This document shows positions 35,418 to 47,990 of a DNA stretch of 64,000 nucleotides, in pieces. Both the position numbers and the translations under genes were made by a program. How positions within the stretch are numbered: the stretch's first letter is position 1; every line of letters starts with the position of its first letter. Source of the stretch: Bilabrum cf. latius (Eukaryota); contig OZ237740.1 of the NCBI GenBank assembly GCA_965178125.1, positions 1,240,001 through 1,304,000 on the forward strand, read 5' to 3'. The notes under the pieces are model-generated. The model saw only the letters and a list, made by a program, of their open reading frames with translations. It had not been told where the DNA came from and did not search any database.

Positions 35418-37805
35418 TCACTGCTTGCCCGCCCGCACCCGCACCGCGTCTCGGAAGCGCACCAGGGCGAGCTGCCTCTTGAAGTTGCAGCCCATCCCGT
35501 ACTTGGCCCACTCCAGGTGCTTGTCCGTGGAGCGATCCAGCAGCAGCCGCTTCAGCTTGTTCGTACTGCAGCTGCCGAGTGCCTCCGTGACAGCCCAGGA
35601 CGGGGCCTAGCTTGGTCCCGTCGTAGCCTGCTCGACGAGGCACACTTCCGCCTTGCTCACATCATCATAGGTGGGGTGCAGCCGAGCTCCCCGCAGCAGC
35701 AGATAGGCAGCGAGGTAGAGCTTGCCGGTGGCTGCAGCGAATGCAAGCGGGGTCATGCACCGTCGGCCCAAGATGCCTTCGGCGCAGAAACTGTGGCCAT
35801 CGCTGTAATTGGGGCTCTTGTGCAAGAAATAGACGCAAGACTCGTCCTAGTTGGTGGCAAAACCATCGACGGGCATGCCTTCTCTCACAAGACGATCCAC
35901 GATGGAGATCATCCGCACCTGAGAGTCGCGGTCCATGGCGCAGACTGCCACAAACCCGTGCAGCAATGCGATCGCGCTGGACAATGCTCGGCCATCTCGT
36001 TCGTGCAAGACACCCTTTGCAGTGTTAAAAAGACCGAACTTCCGCCGCAACCCTGGCACAACGTCCAGAACATCGGCGAGAAAGCACGTTTCTGGCATGC
36101 GCTTGGACTTGCGCTCGCCTTGCTTCTCGTCGAAGATCGCGTCCGAGAGCAGGCACTCGGCCAGAGCCACGGCACCCTGGGTCAGATTCATCGTGAACGC
36201 GCGATTGAAGCTGGCATCAACCCTAACCAGCTCCTGCATGAGCAGCTTGTACCGGTTGTGCACCGCGATTGGCTTGGCCCTGTCTGCTGCGATCATGTCT
36301 CGGCGCAGGAGGTGCACCACAACGGGCTCCGGCAGCTAGAAAGGTTCCTACTTGCAGACAATGCGCGGCTTCTCGAGGGCAAGAAGTTGAAGGCACATGT
36401 CTCTTACGTGCGCGGAGGCACCGGGCAGCTCCGAGATGATCCGCATACCCTTTTCAATGCCCCTAGCCTCGTGCGCGGCAATCAGCAAGCAGTGGCCCAT
36501 CGTCCGGCCCGCCTCCCTGCTGATCTGCTCCACGTGGTCGTGCATGCACTGGCAGCCATCGCACCACAGCTTCTCTCCGTGGGGAACGTCCCACCTTTGG
36601 CTCTCCATCAGATGCAGCGCCATCTCCGAGGCACCGTCCACCACGCCTGCACCGAGAGCCAGCTCAGCCAACACCTCGCCAGACGCTCGACCTCCCGCCA
36701 GGGCCCTGGCGACCGTTTCAAAGCCTAGCAGGAACTTGACCATGCCGACTTGCTTGCGATCCCTCGCAATGTCCAGGGGCCCGCCGTGGCCGCCGTCGCG
36801 AGTGGGCGTTCCCGGATCTATCCCGAGCTCTTCCACCGCGAACTTGGCCACGTCAAGCTGGCCAAAGCTGCAAGCTTCATCCAGAACTGTCCAGTGTCGC
36901 TTGCAAGGACGGACACCGCACTTGTAGAGCGCTTTAAGTCCTTCGATGCGGCCAGAGCGCGCTGCCAGCATCTCGATGGACCACCAGTCCGTGTCCCACA
37001 CGCGCTGCTCCAGGAAGTGCATCCCGAACCCAGCGCCGTGGTCGATGGTGTACTCAAGCCGAAGCAGCTGACCAGGAGGGTATCGACTGGCAGGCATGTA
37101 TCCAAACGTGCTGTGCTTGTCGGCTGCCACCGCAGCAACAAGCGTTTCCGCGCGGGGCAAGCCCAGCCCTAGCCCTAGTACCACGGGGTGAGGAGGCGGG
37201 CTCGGGGCGTCCACTCCGAGCTACATCTTCAAGGCGAAGCAGTCCATGGCGCGCTTGAACAATGGTGTCATGTGGCCCCCGAGTGCGCGGGCCAGCGTGT
37301 CGATGCAAGCAGCGAGCCGCTTGTGGGCAGCTGCCATCGTAATCATGACCCGGCCAGTGCCGGCGTGCCGTGCGATTCGCTTCCCCGCCGCAGCCCCCAT
37401 CGCGGCATCGACGCTGCTGCCACGGGACTTAGCTATCCTTATGGCTGTTACACTTGTTATAAGTGGAACAATTCTGTAGTGTTTATAGTAGTACGCTGGG
37501 GTGGTTGATTCGACAACCTAGAACGCCTGCTGGGCTTGGTCCTTGCACCAGCCCGTTCCAATCTTGTCTTCGCGACGCTTCAGCGGCCTGCAAGCCTTGT
37601 CAACAAAAGCTGAGAACATGCCTTGCATTACCGACATCCCCATGCAAACGACGCTGGCAACGTGGGCGACGTCCTTGACCTCCTCCAACGCTTTCTGCAT
37701 TTCTGTTGGACGCAGCGCCCGCGCAGCCCGCCACACTCGACAATACTGCTCCTATTCAACTGAAGGATTGGATGGATTCATCCAAAACTCTGCCGGAGTT
37801 GACAT
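35418..37805 (-). CDS. Ankyrin-repeat protein, paralog A (about 795 aa)
   Basis: One frame broken only by TAG from ATG 37805 (MSTPAEFWMNP) to TGA 35418-35420. Ankyrin-like units WTVLDEACSFGQLDVAKFAVEELG, GPLDIARDRKQVGMVKFLL, MTPLAFAAATGKLYLAAYLLLRGA. Colinear similarity to 38307..41312 along its whole length. Confidence 0.8.
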
Positions 37806-38306
37806 GGTGGGAAGGAGTCTGGTATTGCAGGCGCTGGAGCACTCCACAAATCGTCCACCACCGCGTCCTCCCAGAACCGGCAACACCAATCAATGTTGTT
37901 ACAGCTTATCGTAATTGTGGTGTGGCAGACACTGCCAATTGCCGGTGCTGAAAAACTGCAGGCAAGTAGAAGTGAAGTGCAACTGAGTCCGGCGGCGGGA
38001 GAGAGCTCCTTTCTTCCAAGATTCGACTTGTAGTCAACGCTGCACTGAGGCAAACACGTACTTCTAGTAGAGCGACTACAAAGCAGTGATGAGGATACAA
38101 GCTAGCTATTGTAAGAAATGAACCTCAGCTGTTGTAGACCGAGATGTTCCGGCGGATAGGATTGGATAGGAATCTAGCGGCGGTTCCGCTACAAAACGCC
38201 ACTGTTTAGGGGGGCACTCTTCATCTGTCGAAAGGCATATTATTGGCAATTATGTTCATTAATGCGTCCCACATTCGTTTTTGTCTATCGGCACCACGTT
38301 TCGTGC

Positions 38307-41300
38307 TTACATAATGTCTATGCTCGCGGCATCTTCCATGGCCATCTGCTCCTGCTCCTCCTTCATGCGCAGGCGCTGCTGCAGCTTGCGGACATAGTCC
38401 GCAAGCTGTGCCTGTTCCTGTCGCAAGGATGCAGCGTGAGCGCGCGCGGCCGCCCGGTGTCGTGCTCTTGCATGCGCCGTTTGCTCTGCCCTCACGAGCA
38501 CCGACAGGACCTCCTGGGCGCTCTCAGACCTGCCGCCGAATCGAACGGCCCACTACAGTGCAGTGCATCCATCGCTGCAGCGATGCAAAGGATCCTGTCC
38601 CAGCTGCAGCAATGACCGCACAATCGCGGGGCTGCCCCCCACCGCGGCCGCCATCAGGAGGGTGCAGTCGCTGGCCCTGTGCAGCCCACCCCACTGGCAA
38701 CCGCCGCTGCTGCCCGCGCCCGACGACGGGCCCGAGCCGGTACTAAACCCGAGCCCTCCCACACCGCCTTGCACGTGCAGCGCCCGATAGCCAGCCAGCG
38801 CCACATGGCCCTTCCCGCTCTTGCTCTATTTCTTGCTGTCGCTCCCGGGCCGCACAGCTGCCTCGAAGCCCGCTTCGTCTCCCTGCAGGGCACACACCCA
38901 GGCGTCCTGCCCCTGCGCGCGCACCCGCACCGCGTCTCGGAAGCGCACCAGGGCGAGCTGCCTCTTGAAGTTGCAGCCCATCCCGTACTTGGCCCACTCC
39001 AGGTGCTTGTCCGTGGAGCGATCCAGCAGCAGCCGCTTCAGCTTGCTCGTGCTGCAGCTGCTCACAGCGTGCAGGACCCTCTCCTTGGGCCTCTTCACAG
39101 GACCAGCAACTTTGCTAAGCAGCCGGTCCAGCTCTTCCTTAGTCACGTCGTCGTAGGTGGGGTGCAGCCGAGCTCCCCGCAGCAGCAGGTAGGCAGCGAG
39201 GTAGAGCTTGCCGGTGGCTGCAGCGAATGCAAGCGGGGTCATGCACGGTCGGCCTAAAATAGGTTCAGCGCAGCGGTTATCCTGTATGAACAATGACATG
39301 AGCGACGTATGAGCTAATGGATGCACGAGCTTTGCGGGCGCCGCTTGCCCCCCGACTGGCATGCCAAGCCGAGCCAGGTTGTCAACGATCGATATCGTTC
39401 GCACCTAGGAGGTGCGGTCCATGGGACAGGTGACAATAAATGATTGGACCAGTGCGACGGCGTTCAGTCGGACACTGTCTTCATCGCTGACGCTGCGAGG
39501 CGGCACTCCCGCAGGGAGTCGGGGCAGGCACAGCAGCTTCCGCAGGCTTGGGATCAACTGCACTGATCTGCTCAGTGGAGTGCTTGGAACGCGCTTGCTT
39601 AATGAGACCCCCTCTTTTTCTAGCGAACCGGCTCGCATCAGTGCTTGAAAGTGACTGATCTCTGCGCTCAGCCAATGCGTGAGCTGCGCCTCGCTGCACT
39701 GGTAATCGAGCCTGCCGAGCTCTCGAAGAAGACTGTCCTACTATTGCTGAGTAGCCGCTACAGCTGCCTTTTCTAACGGAATGTAGTCGTGCCGCAGCAA
39801 AAAGATCAGCACCGCGGCTGGCAACGTGTGGTAACCACCCATCAATTTTGTTTTGGCTGGTCGCGAAGCACCGAGGGCCCCGAGAGCATCGTGCAAGTGC
39901 TGGGAGATGCCCGGCTTGGTCAGCATCAGCTCTATTTCGGCATCAAAATCGTCCGTCTGAGACGCGGCGATTAGCAGCCCTTCGCCGACTGAACGCCCAG
40001 CGGGGTGCGAGACTGCGTCTGGGTCGTCGTGCAAGACACCGCAATTGGTGCACCAGTATTCGCCTGCCTCTCCGAATGGGATGTCCCACTGCGGGTCGGA
40101 CTCCCGCAGCAGCTTCGAGACAATGTTCCCAGTGTTCTCATCAGATGGCACGCACCCCATCATCTGAGAAAGGAGCCAGCCCTGCCTCCCGGTGGTTGCA
40201 ATGTGATGCAGCGCCTCTCCTCCTCTCGCTCTCAGCATGCAGTCCGCCGCGCTGGCCATGCCGTTCTTCGCCATGGCGGCATGCAGGGCCGACTGATGCT
40301 CCTTGTGCCCCGTGCACACCATCGAGTCCATCCAGTGCTCCTCCATCAGGTACTCGACGACCTTGACCTGGCCCGAGACACCAGCCTGGTGAAGAGCCGT
40401 CCAGCCCCACTCCCGCGGCCCTGCGTCGTGATCGTACAGGGCGCGCAAGCCATCGAGGCAGCCGCTCCCAGCCGCTAGGATCTCGAGAGGATTCACTCCA
40501 AGCGATTCGCTCTCATACCTGAGGAACTCGAGGCCATACCCAGACCCTGCAGCTACTTTGCGATGCATGCTTCGATCAACCAAGCCACGCGCCGCCAGTT
40601 GTGACGAGTCAGGAGGTTCGACCAGGTCAAATGAGCTTGACGTACATTCAGCTACGACATTCACAAACGTCCCTGCGTGGGGCAGGTTCAGCCCCAGGGC
40701 CACCACCACGGGGTGAGGAGGGAAGCACGGCTCGAGGGCGGCCAGAAGCGTCCCGTCTGCGTTACAATCCAATGCGTCCTTGAATAGCTGGGAGGACTTC
40801 GCACGCGAAGTCCGATTAGCACTAAGGCATACTTCTAGAATGGCCTCTATGCAAGCTTTGAATCTTTTCTCTGCTGCGGCTCTGGTTACGAAGACCCGAC
40901 CAGTCCTACCGTCTCTGACCGGACCCGCGGGGCCTCCCTTTACACTTTTCATCGTTGTTATTTCGCTCGCAAGTTTAATCTCAGGAACTATGTTGGCTTC
41001 AGCCTCTGAGCAGCAATTCATGGCAAACGCGCTCGTAATTGATGCTTTGGTCCAACCTGTTGCTTGAATCTCATCATCCGCATTGCGGGCTGCATCGTCA
41101 CAGAAAGCAGAAAACAGCGCTTGAACTATGGAAAGCTAGTGATGCACGTAAGCTACAACAGCGTCTATTTTGCAACTGGGTTGATGCAGCAACGATCGCA
41201 ACCGTTTTGGTCGAAGGGACCGCGCGGCGCGCCAGATTGACCGATACAGACCACTTTCAGAGCCACGAGTGCTACCAGGAGTAGAACCAGCACGCTAAGA

Positions 41301-41312
41301 GTTGCCTGACAT
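38307..41312 (-). CDS. Ankyrin-repeat protein, paralog B (about 1001 aa) with extra C-terminal ankyrin repeats and coiled-coil-like tail
   Basis: ATG 41312 (MSGNS[Q]RAGS...IWRAARSLRP, matching VWRAARALRP of paralog A) to TAA 38307-38309; only TAG internally. Ankyrin motifs WTALHQAGVSGQVKVVEYL, QSALHAA, MTPLAFAAATG, CTLLMAAAVGGSPAIVRSLLQLGQDP, GCTAL[Q]WAVRFG. Confidence 0.82.
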
Positions 41313-41339
41313 GAATCTTGTTCCGTTTTTTGATAGTAT

Positions 41340-44300
41340 AGGGAGAGCTCTGTGCTCACGATGATTCATCGAATTATCGATTTGATTTCAAAGTTAAACT
41401 ACACGCTACCCAGGCTAGTAAGCTCATGGCGCACAAGACAAGCCAACGGATACTGCCTGATAGATTCACTCCAGGCACTGGGGATCCACGTGGACTCGGA
41501 GTTCTTTAAGGCCATGGCACGCATGCAAGGACTGTACGCCCGCCTGTGCCTCCCACAGGAGATCACCCGGACCTCTTTCTAGGAGACCGAGATCTCCAAA
41601 GAATGCCTTGCGGAGGCCATCTGGATCATGGAGGACCACCTGGTTTTCCCAGACACGGTGAACGAGTGGATTACTGCCCTGCTACGAGTCCGTATGAATA
41701 TGAATACAACGGATGACCTCGTCGCTGAGCGAGTGCCGGCGGGAACTCGCATCTGGAGGCAGGTCGGTGAGAATGCAGAGACGCACGGGAACAGGCTCAT
41801 GGCTATCTCTGGAGGCAATAAGCGAGCCCTGATTAGGTTTTGTCTTGCCCTTCCTGTAGTGGCAGCTCTGTCAGTGTCGGTGTATGCGAGGAGGTCGGAC
41901 ATGGCCACGAGAGACTTCGATGCAGGGGCTCACGCAAGAGAAGAAGCAGCGGCGCTGGTGGCCGCAGCCCAGCGCCGCACTAGCGACCCCTTCAAGGCCC
42001 AAGTAGCCTGGTATATCCAACAGGCGGTGGCTACCTACACTGCAGACGGAGTCTCGGTGGGAGAGCTACCTTGCTCGCTCTCCGTCACGCTCGCAGCAGA
42101 GATCACGAGGACGGCCATCATGAGCATCGCAATCCAAGGAGAGAACTTCTCGCTACATCGCCACCTGCCCAGTTCGACTGAGACGATGGGATCAATCGGG
42201 GCGAGAGGATGCGTCAGGGTGGCAGGAGGGCACTACTCCGCAGTACGACTAGCCGATCTACCGCTGAGTATGAGAATGGACTCGGGGCTACACGGTTTTT
42301 CATTTTCGTCCGGAAGCAAGTCCCTCCAGGAAACCCTGACGTCGATCCCACACAGTGTGGCCGAGTGCCTCTGGAGTCCCGGCGGCGGAGGAACTGCGCT
42401 TCTGACTACTCCGTACGATGCATTTGAACCACTCGTGGTAGGCACGGGTAACCTCTTCGGGCCGCCAGAGCACTTAGGCTGGCAGGGATGCGCGTAGCTC
42501 CCCCTCGCCGTTCTAGCTGGCCTAGACCCCAGCTCCACCATCATGCACACACTCCGCACCTATTTTGGCGAGGAAGGGGAAGGAATCCACGGGCTTAGCC
42601 TGCGAGGACTCACACTGTCAGTGATGGCCCTGGCACAGCAGCGAGGGGGTTCAGTGCGACTCCACCCAGCCGACAAAGAGGGGACCAGCCTTGCCAACTG
42701 GTGTGAGCGACTCAACTCGGACGCCACCGATGACCAAGCGATCCAGGGCACGATGAATATTGCCATCTCCCGCACCCACTGTGAGGTCTTCATCCCTACA
42801 GGAATCAATCCGCCGGGTGGACACGGGTCCCGGAGGCACGCCTGCCTGGTGCTGCGACCTGAGCAACGGGAGGAGGAAGGAGACGCGGATGCCAGAGTTG
42901 TGCGTACGCTGTCAACGAGAGGGGAACTGAACGAGGAACCGGTCATGGTACTATCAGTCCGCCCAGGAGACCAATGGGAGGACGGAGTGACCGGGGCGGA
43001 ACTGCTTGGAGCTCTCCGGGTGATGCTTACGGATGAGCAGAGGACCGACAGGACCTGGATACCGGAGTGCTTCCCCTGGATCAATAACCGCAATGCGGTA
43101 GTGGGGGACCGAGAATCTGTGTGGTTAGTCGCCCCCGGGACAAGCACGGCACATCAGCCACGAGGCGTCCAAGGTACTCGCGGGGGCTGGGATCAGATCA
43201 GGATCATGGACACGACCCCGCCCAAGTAGGTCAGGATTGCAACCAAAAATCTGGGACGCAAAGGGAACCTCGAAGCGATGGAGGTTGCCCTTACGGAGAC
43301 CAAGATGCCCGATGTGTTTGTTGGCACGGAGACACAGGATGCTAGAGGACGCTACGTCACTGACGTCCCGGACCTGTACGCGATGGAGACGAGGGCAGGA
43401 AACGGAGCCCCACACGGGGTATGCGTCGCCGTCAAACGAGATTCAGGCCTCGTACTGAGACGGTGGGCAGACATGGGAGATGATGACCTGGATGCGCCGG
43501 ACTGCCTCGTATGTGACGTCCTGCACCACGACCGACGCATGCTGACGGTGATAGCCTGCTACAACCCACCGCAAGGGGCTGCCCTCGGGGCAGAGACAAG
43601 GGGCTCAGTATTGGGCAAGGCTTTCGTGGTCGATCCCCAGCTGACCCTTGGACAGCGACGGAGTCAAGGACCGGCAGGCAATTTCACCAGGGACCGACTT
43701 GTGGTTACCGGTGACTTCAACCCGACGTAGGCCCGGGACCAAGAGGGAGCTGGTCAGATGGACTGGTATCTGGAGAACGACATGGGCATGATCGACATGT
43801 ATCGCGCACCTGCAGGGGGCGGGCCTACGCACAGAGGAGGCAACACACTGGATGCCATCTGCATCTCCACTTCTGCGCAGCTGCAGCTAGTGTCCAGTGA
43901 AGTGGCTCAAGAGCCAGGCACATATTCAGACCACACGGGGGTGATTGCAGACCTGCTGGTCACAGTCCCAGAAGTGGATGACCCGGCAACGCGAGCAACT
44001 GCAGTCCCAGCAACAACGGAGCAGGACGATGACGCCCCCTTCAGGGCAGCGTACTCACGGGTGTCCGACATGCATGTGCAGCAAGAACGCCTGGTTTGGG
44101 ACTATTACGTCAAGGAATTCGGGTAGGCTACAAGTGCAGTCCGCGACATCACTCATTGTGTGCTCGACGCAATTCGCGACCTCAAAAGCTCGACGGGAAC
44201 CTCGGCTGACCGAGAGGCTGCAGGGCAAGCGGTTACGCAGGCCGTGTCCTCCGTCAAACTGCTTCTGCAAGGATGTTTCACGGCAGCAGCCGAGACTGTT

Positions 44301-47300
44301 ACAGGCCGACAAATGGCAAACACCGGCCAGGCCGGGCACGTGGAAGCGTCACGCAAGCGCCACCGCAGGACCTGGGCGGCACGGACGAGATGGGCTGAAA
44401 CGTGGGGAAAAGCCCATGCCAGCCTCAAGGCCCTTATCGCGGGACCAACCACGGAACAAGCTCTTTCAGAGGCCAGAACATGCTTGGCTGCACATCGCCG
44501 AGCCAGCCTGCGCCTCGAAGGGCGACAGCGGGGGCTAGATGGACGGATGCAGGCAACACTCTGGGGGAGCACAGAGGTGAACCAGTAGGCCCATGAGGGA
44601 CAGGAGTACTGGACGATGCTCCTTGCCAACCTGGACCATGATCGACGGGCTGTCTTCGAGACCACCGAGCGAGGGGCACGCAGGACGGGCCACGCACTGC
44701 GGAACATGATGGGAACAGCAAGTCCGAGGGAAGCCCACCGATAGATCGCTGATGCAATCTCTAGAAGGCAACGAGCTGCACCAGGACTGGAACCAATCAC
44801 GAACCTAGGCGGAGAGGTGCTTACGGCCGTCGAGGATATCCTAGAGGCACACGCACAGCAGCTCTCTCACGCAGGTGGGAATGGAAGTGCGGATGTGGGC
44901 GGATTTATGGCCAGGATTGCGCCGCACATGCCCAGGGCAGCGACACCGCTCAACCTATTCTGCAGGTCGAACGCAGAGGTGGATCAAGCACTGGACAAGC
45001 TCAAGCACAACAAAGCTGTGGGACCTGATGGGATCAGGGCGGAATTGCTGACCAAATGCTAGCCATGCTCTGAGGAGGACGGGTGTCTGCGGCGAAGTGA
45101 CGCTCTGTTGGACCTCCTCAGGGCCATTTATAATCTCACACTCTTCTCGGGGATTCAGCCTGAGGCCTTTCAGGAGGGGTTCATGCGGCCGGTCTCCAAG
45201 CGCAAGCAGGGCACAGGAGTCACAGGAGTCGACGAATTCAGGCCAATATGCTGGACCTCGGCTCTTTCGAAGGTCGTAAGCACCATCGCAAACCAGAAGG
45301 TCATGTGGTACTGCGAAAACCACGGACTCTTCGGCCAGGATTAGGCCGGATTTCGCATCGGCAAGAACTGCCAGCAGGCCTACTCAGCGGTGATGGAATG
45401 GATTACCCAACGAAGGGGTGCTGGAGGTTTTCTGGTATTCTTTGACATCAAAGGAGCATTTGACAGTTGCAAGTGGAACATCATCGAGGCCATCATGACG
45501 GAGCAAGGATGGGGACGCCAGACGGTCCGCTTTCTCATGGCCCGCATGCAGGTGGCCATCCGCGTTCGAGACCCACTCACCAGGAGGGTCTCTACCAGAG
45601 TGCAGAAGACGGCGGGCACCCCCTAGGGCGAGATTCTGTCCCCCACCATCTTCCTGGTACTGATGGGGGTTCTCCTGGAAACGCTGCGGAAAGAGAGGCT
45701 CCAGCACGGGCACCATCAAAGGATCGTGACCGACACCGGACGATACGTTGAATGTGGACAAGTCGGGTACGCAGACGACTACGTGGCACTGACGTCGAAC
45801 TGGAACGAAGCAGTGGCGGTCATGAAGCTAGTCAAGAGCCTGTTTGCACTTGCGGGCATGTAGCTGGGAATCAAGCCCCTGACAGCATCGGGCCAGGGAA
45901 CCAAGACAGCGATCATGGCCTTTGGCTACGCTCGGGACTCAATTCCTGGGGACATGCCAGAGGGCGTCGCATGCAGAGCAGCGGACGCGGGAGAGACGGA
46001 TGGGGAGTGGACCATCCCACTTGCCTCATCCTACCTGTACCTCGGTCTACTCATTTCGACCCAACCAGTACGGATCAGCCCAGATGAAGTAGCTGGGCTG
46101 ACGCAGGCGAGAGACATCTGGGTAATTGATATGGCACCCCACGTACGCAGGAGGATTGCGATGGCGTACCGGGCGGCCAGGGACATCACACGAGCGGCGG
46201 TGAACGGCAACTGGGCGGTCTCCCTGCACGCCCAGCTGCTCCATGCAGGAGCAATCACGAGTGCATTCTACGGAGCAGAGGCAGCGGCATGTGCAACAGG
46301 ATGGGACACCTTGTCAGGATTAGGACATGGTTCCCAAGTTTTCTACGGGATGGAACTGAACCTGGAAGTCCTCAAGATGCTGGACAAATTCCTGCTGGAT
46401 ACGCGCTGGATGATTGTCAGCGGATCGACACAGGTAAGGCCCTTCACCATGGGCGGTCGATACGTGCCAAACCTTGCGATGGACACTGAGCTGCTGACGG
46501 CATCGGCAGCAGGGCGTGTTGCTATGGGCCTGCTGGACCTGATCGAGTGTCCCTCGAAGAAGGGCCTTGATGTTGCGGCCAGGTTCATCCACCAGGGCCG
46601 ATTCCTGCAGGGACCACCAGTACAGACAGGCCCACTCGGGGCCGCGCTGGCACTGGGATTCAGGATCAAGATGGCAGGGTGGACCCACCGGATCGATGAC
46701 GCGAAGGACTGGCTGGGATGCCAGGAGACTGCAAAAAAAGTCACAAAGTGGAGGAAATCCAAATCCGGAGCTGCTGACCGATCGTTCACAAACCTGAGCC
46801 TGGGATGCTCGCACGATCCGGCACTGTCGGATTGGGACCGGGAGAGAGCTGCGCTCGGAGTGGTCATGCTTAACCGGTACGCAACGAAGGGACGGTATGC
46901 CTTCGGACCAGGAGCCATGCCAACAGCAGCGGTGGTGCAGGAATACGGCCACCAAGGAAGACGAATTCTGCGCATCCGAGCTGGACAATACCCGCAACAG
47001 GGCACGCCCAACCTTCAAGTGATGGGCACCGCGGTAGAGCAGATGGAGCGGGCCGAGCATGACCATCATGCCGGAACGAGACCGTGGCAACCCGATGATG
47101 CGGATCAGAATAGAGGGAGGTCCCCTGCCTCCCTCCGGAAAGCATGGGCGAAGACAGCTCTCGCTCAGGACCCTTGGGACGAGAAGCTGGAGCGCACCAG
47201 CAGGGCCAAGCCAATCGTCGAAGACGCACTCACTCGGATAGAGCGTACGATTGCGCGGTCATCGGAACGGACAGCTGTCAAAGAGCTGGCCAACCGAGTG

Positions 47301-47950
47301 GTGCAGGTGATCAGGAACCAGCTGCGCTAGCAGGAGTAGCTGACGTGCAGGCAGTGGATGCGAGGCGATGCGGCGGCTGCTCTTGCCGCCACGGCCACGC
47401 AAGAGCTGATAGCGGCAACCAATGCGAACGCTCGGCTACAGCGACGGATGTTTAAGCCCCACGGCTTGCTAAGGGACATAGAGAGGCAATGGGCCAAAGG
47501 CATGAGCGCGTGCATGCTAGCCTCTCTGAAGGATCGTGAGACGCAGAGACGGTCATGGAGGAGGAAATGGTGGGTCCCGGCAGGGGACCCTGATGTGGGA
47601 CTGGACCGCGCTTTGTGCCGGGCACATGCTCCGCACCTGTATGCTTTCTCCCTGTGAAGGCATCAGGCTGAGGGCTTGTGGGGGACCACATTGATGGCGA
47701 ATAAAGGGGACTCGGCGGTGTAGGCTGAGATTGGGGGGCCTTTGGCCTGAAAGGGTCGGGGGTCTTGTAGTCCTTGTTTGAGGACTCCTCTGGATTCAGG
47801 TGATCACTCGAACTCCTTCGGGGGCAACGGTGCATCTGGGTGCTTGTGGAATCTTTACCCAACAATGTATTTCTGTATTTATTTTCTCATGCAGGCTGGG
47901 GCCTCGAGCCATGGCCCATGGGGGCTGCCTGCTAATGCCCGTCGCTTTTT
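41340..47950 (+). mobile_element. Non-LTR (LINE-type) retrotransposon, single ORF, APE endonuclease + reverse transcriptase; boundaries approximate
   Basis: Contains the 41361..47657 ORF. No poly-A tail or target-site duplication recognised, so the ends are inferred from the flanking genes. Confidence 0.8.
41361..47657 (+). CDS. Retrotransposon polyprotein (about 2098 aa): unknown N-terminal region, APE endonuclease, RT; 13 TAG=Gln
   Basis: Twelve ORF pieces in one frame joined by TAG, ending at TGA 47655-47657. APE (about 43230-43970): VRIATKNL, PDVFVGTET, VIACYNPP, VVTGDFN, THRGGNTLDAI, SDHTGV. RT (about 44990-46060): KAVGPDGIRAELL, FRPICWTSALSKV, [Q]AGFR, FFDIKGAFDS, GTP[Q]GEILSPTIF, YADD, YLYLG. 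Start codon uncertain (41361 is the first in-frame ATG). Confidence 0.9.
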
Positions 47951-47990
47951 TACATCCCATCACCCACCTTCGGGCCCCCACCAGAATGTT

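Noticed and set aside
34490-38306. Suppressor tRNA-Gln(CUA) in the intergenic gaps
   Set aside because: No cloverleaf or TTCGA T-loop with matching stems was recognised by eye. It may lie elsewhere in the genome.
41330-41350. TATAGGGAGA resembling the end of a T7 promoter (vector contamination)
   Set aside because: Only 10 nt match; the upstream TAATACGACTCAC is absent.
16642-45626. TAG as pyrrolysine, as Leu/Glu/Tyr, or A-to-I edited to Trp
   Set aside because: All five informative motif positions correspond to Gln, TAG clusters in poly-Gln contexts, and no pyl machinery is seen.
47658-47990. Ribozyme or poly-A tail at the retroelement 3' end
   Set aside because: Only short hairpins (e.g. 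agtcctt-gttt-gaggact) are visible. No hammerhead or HDV core and no A-tract could be supported.
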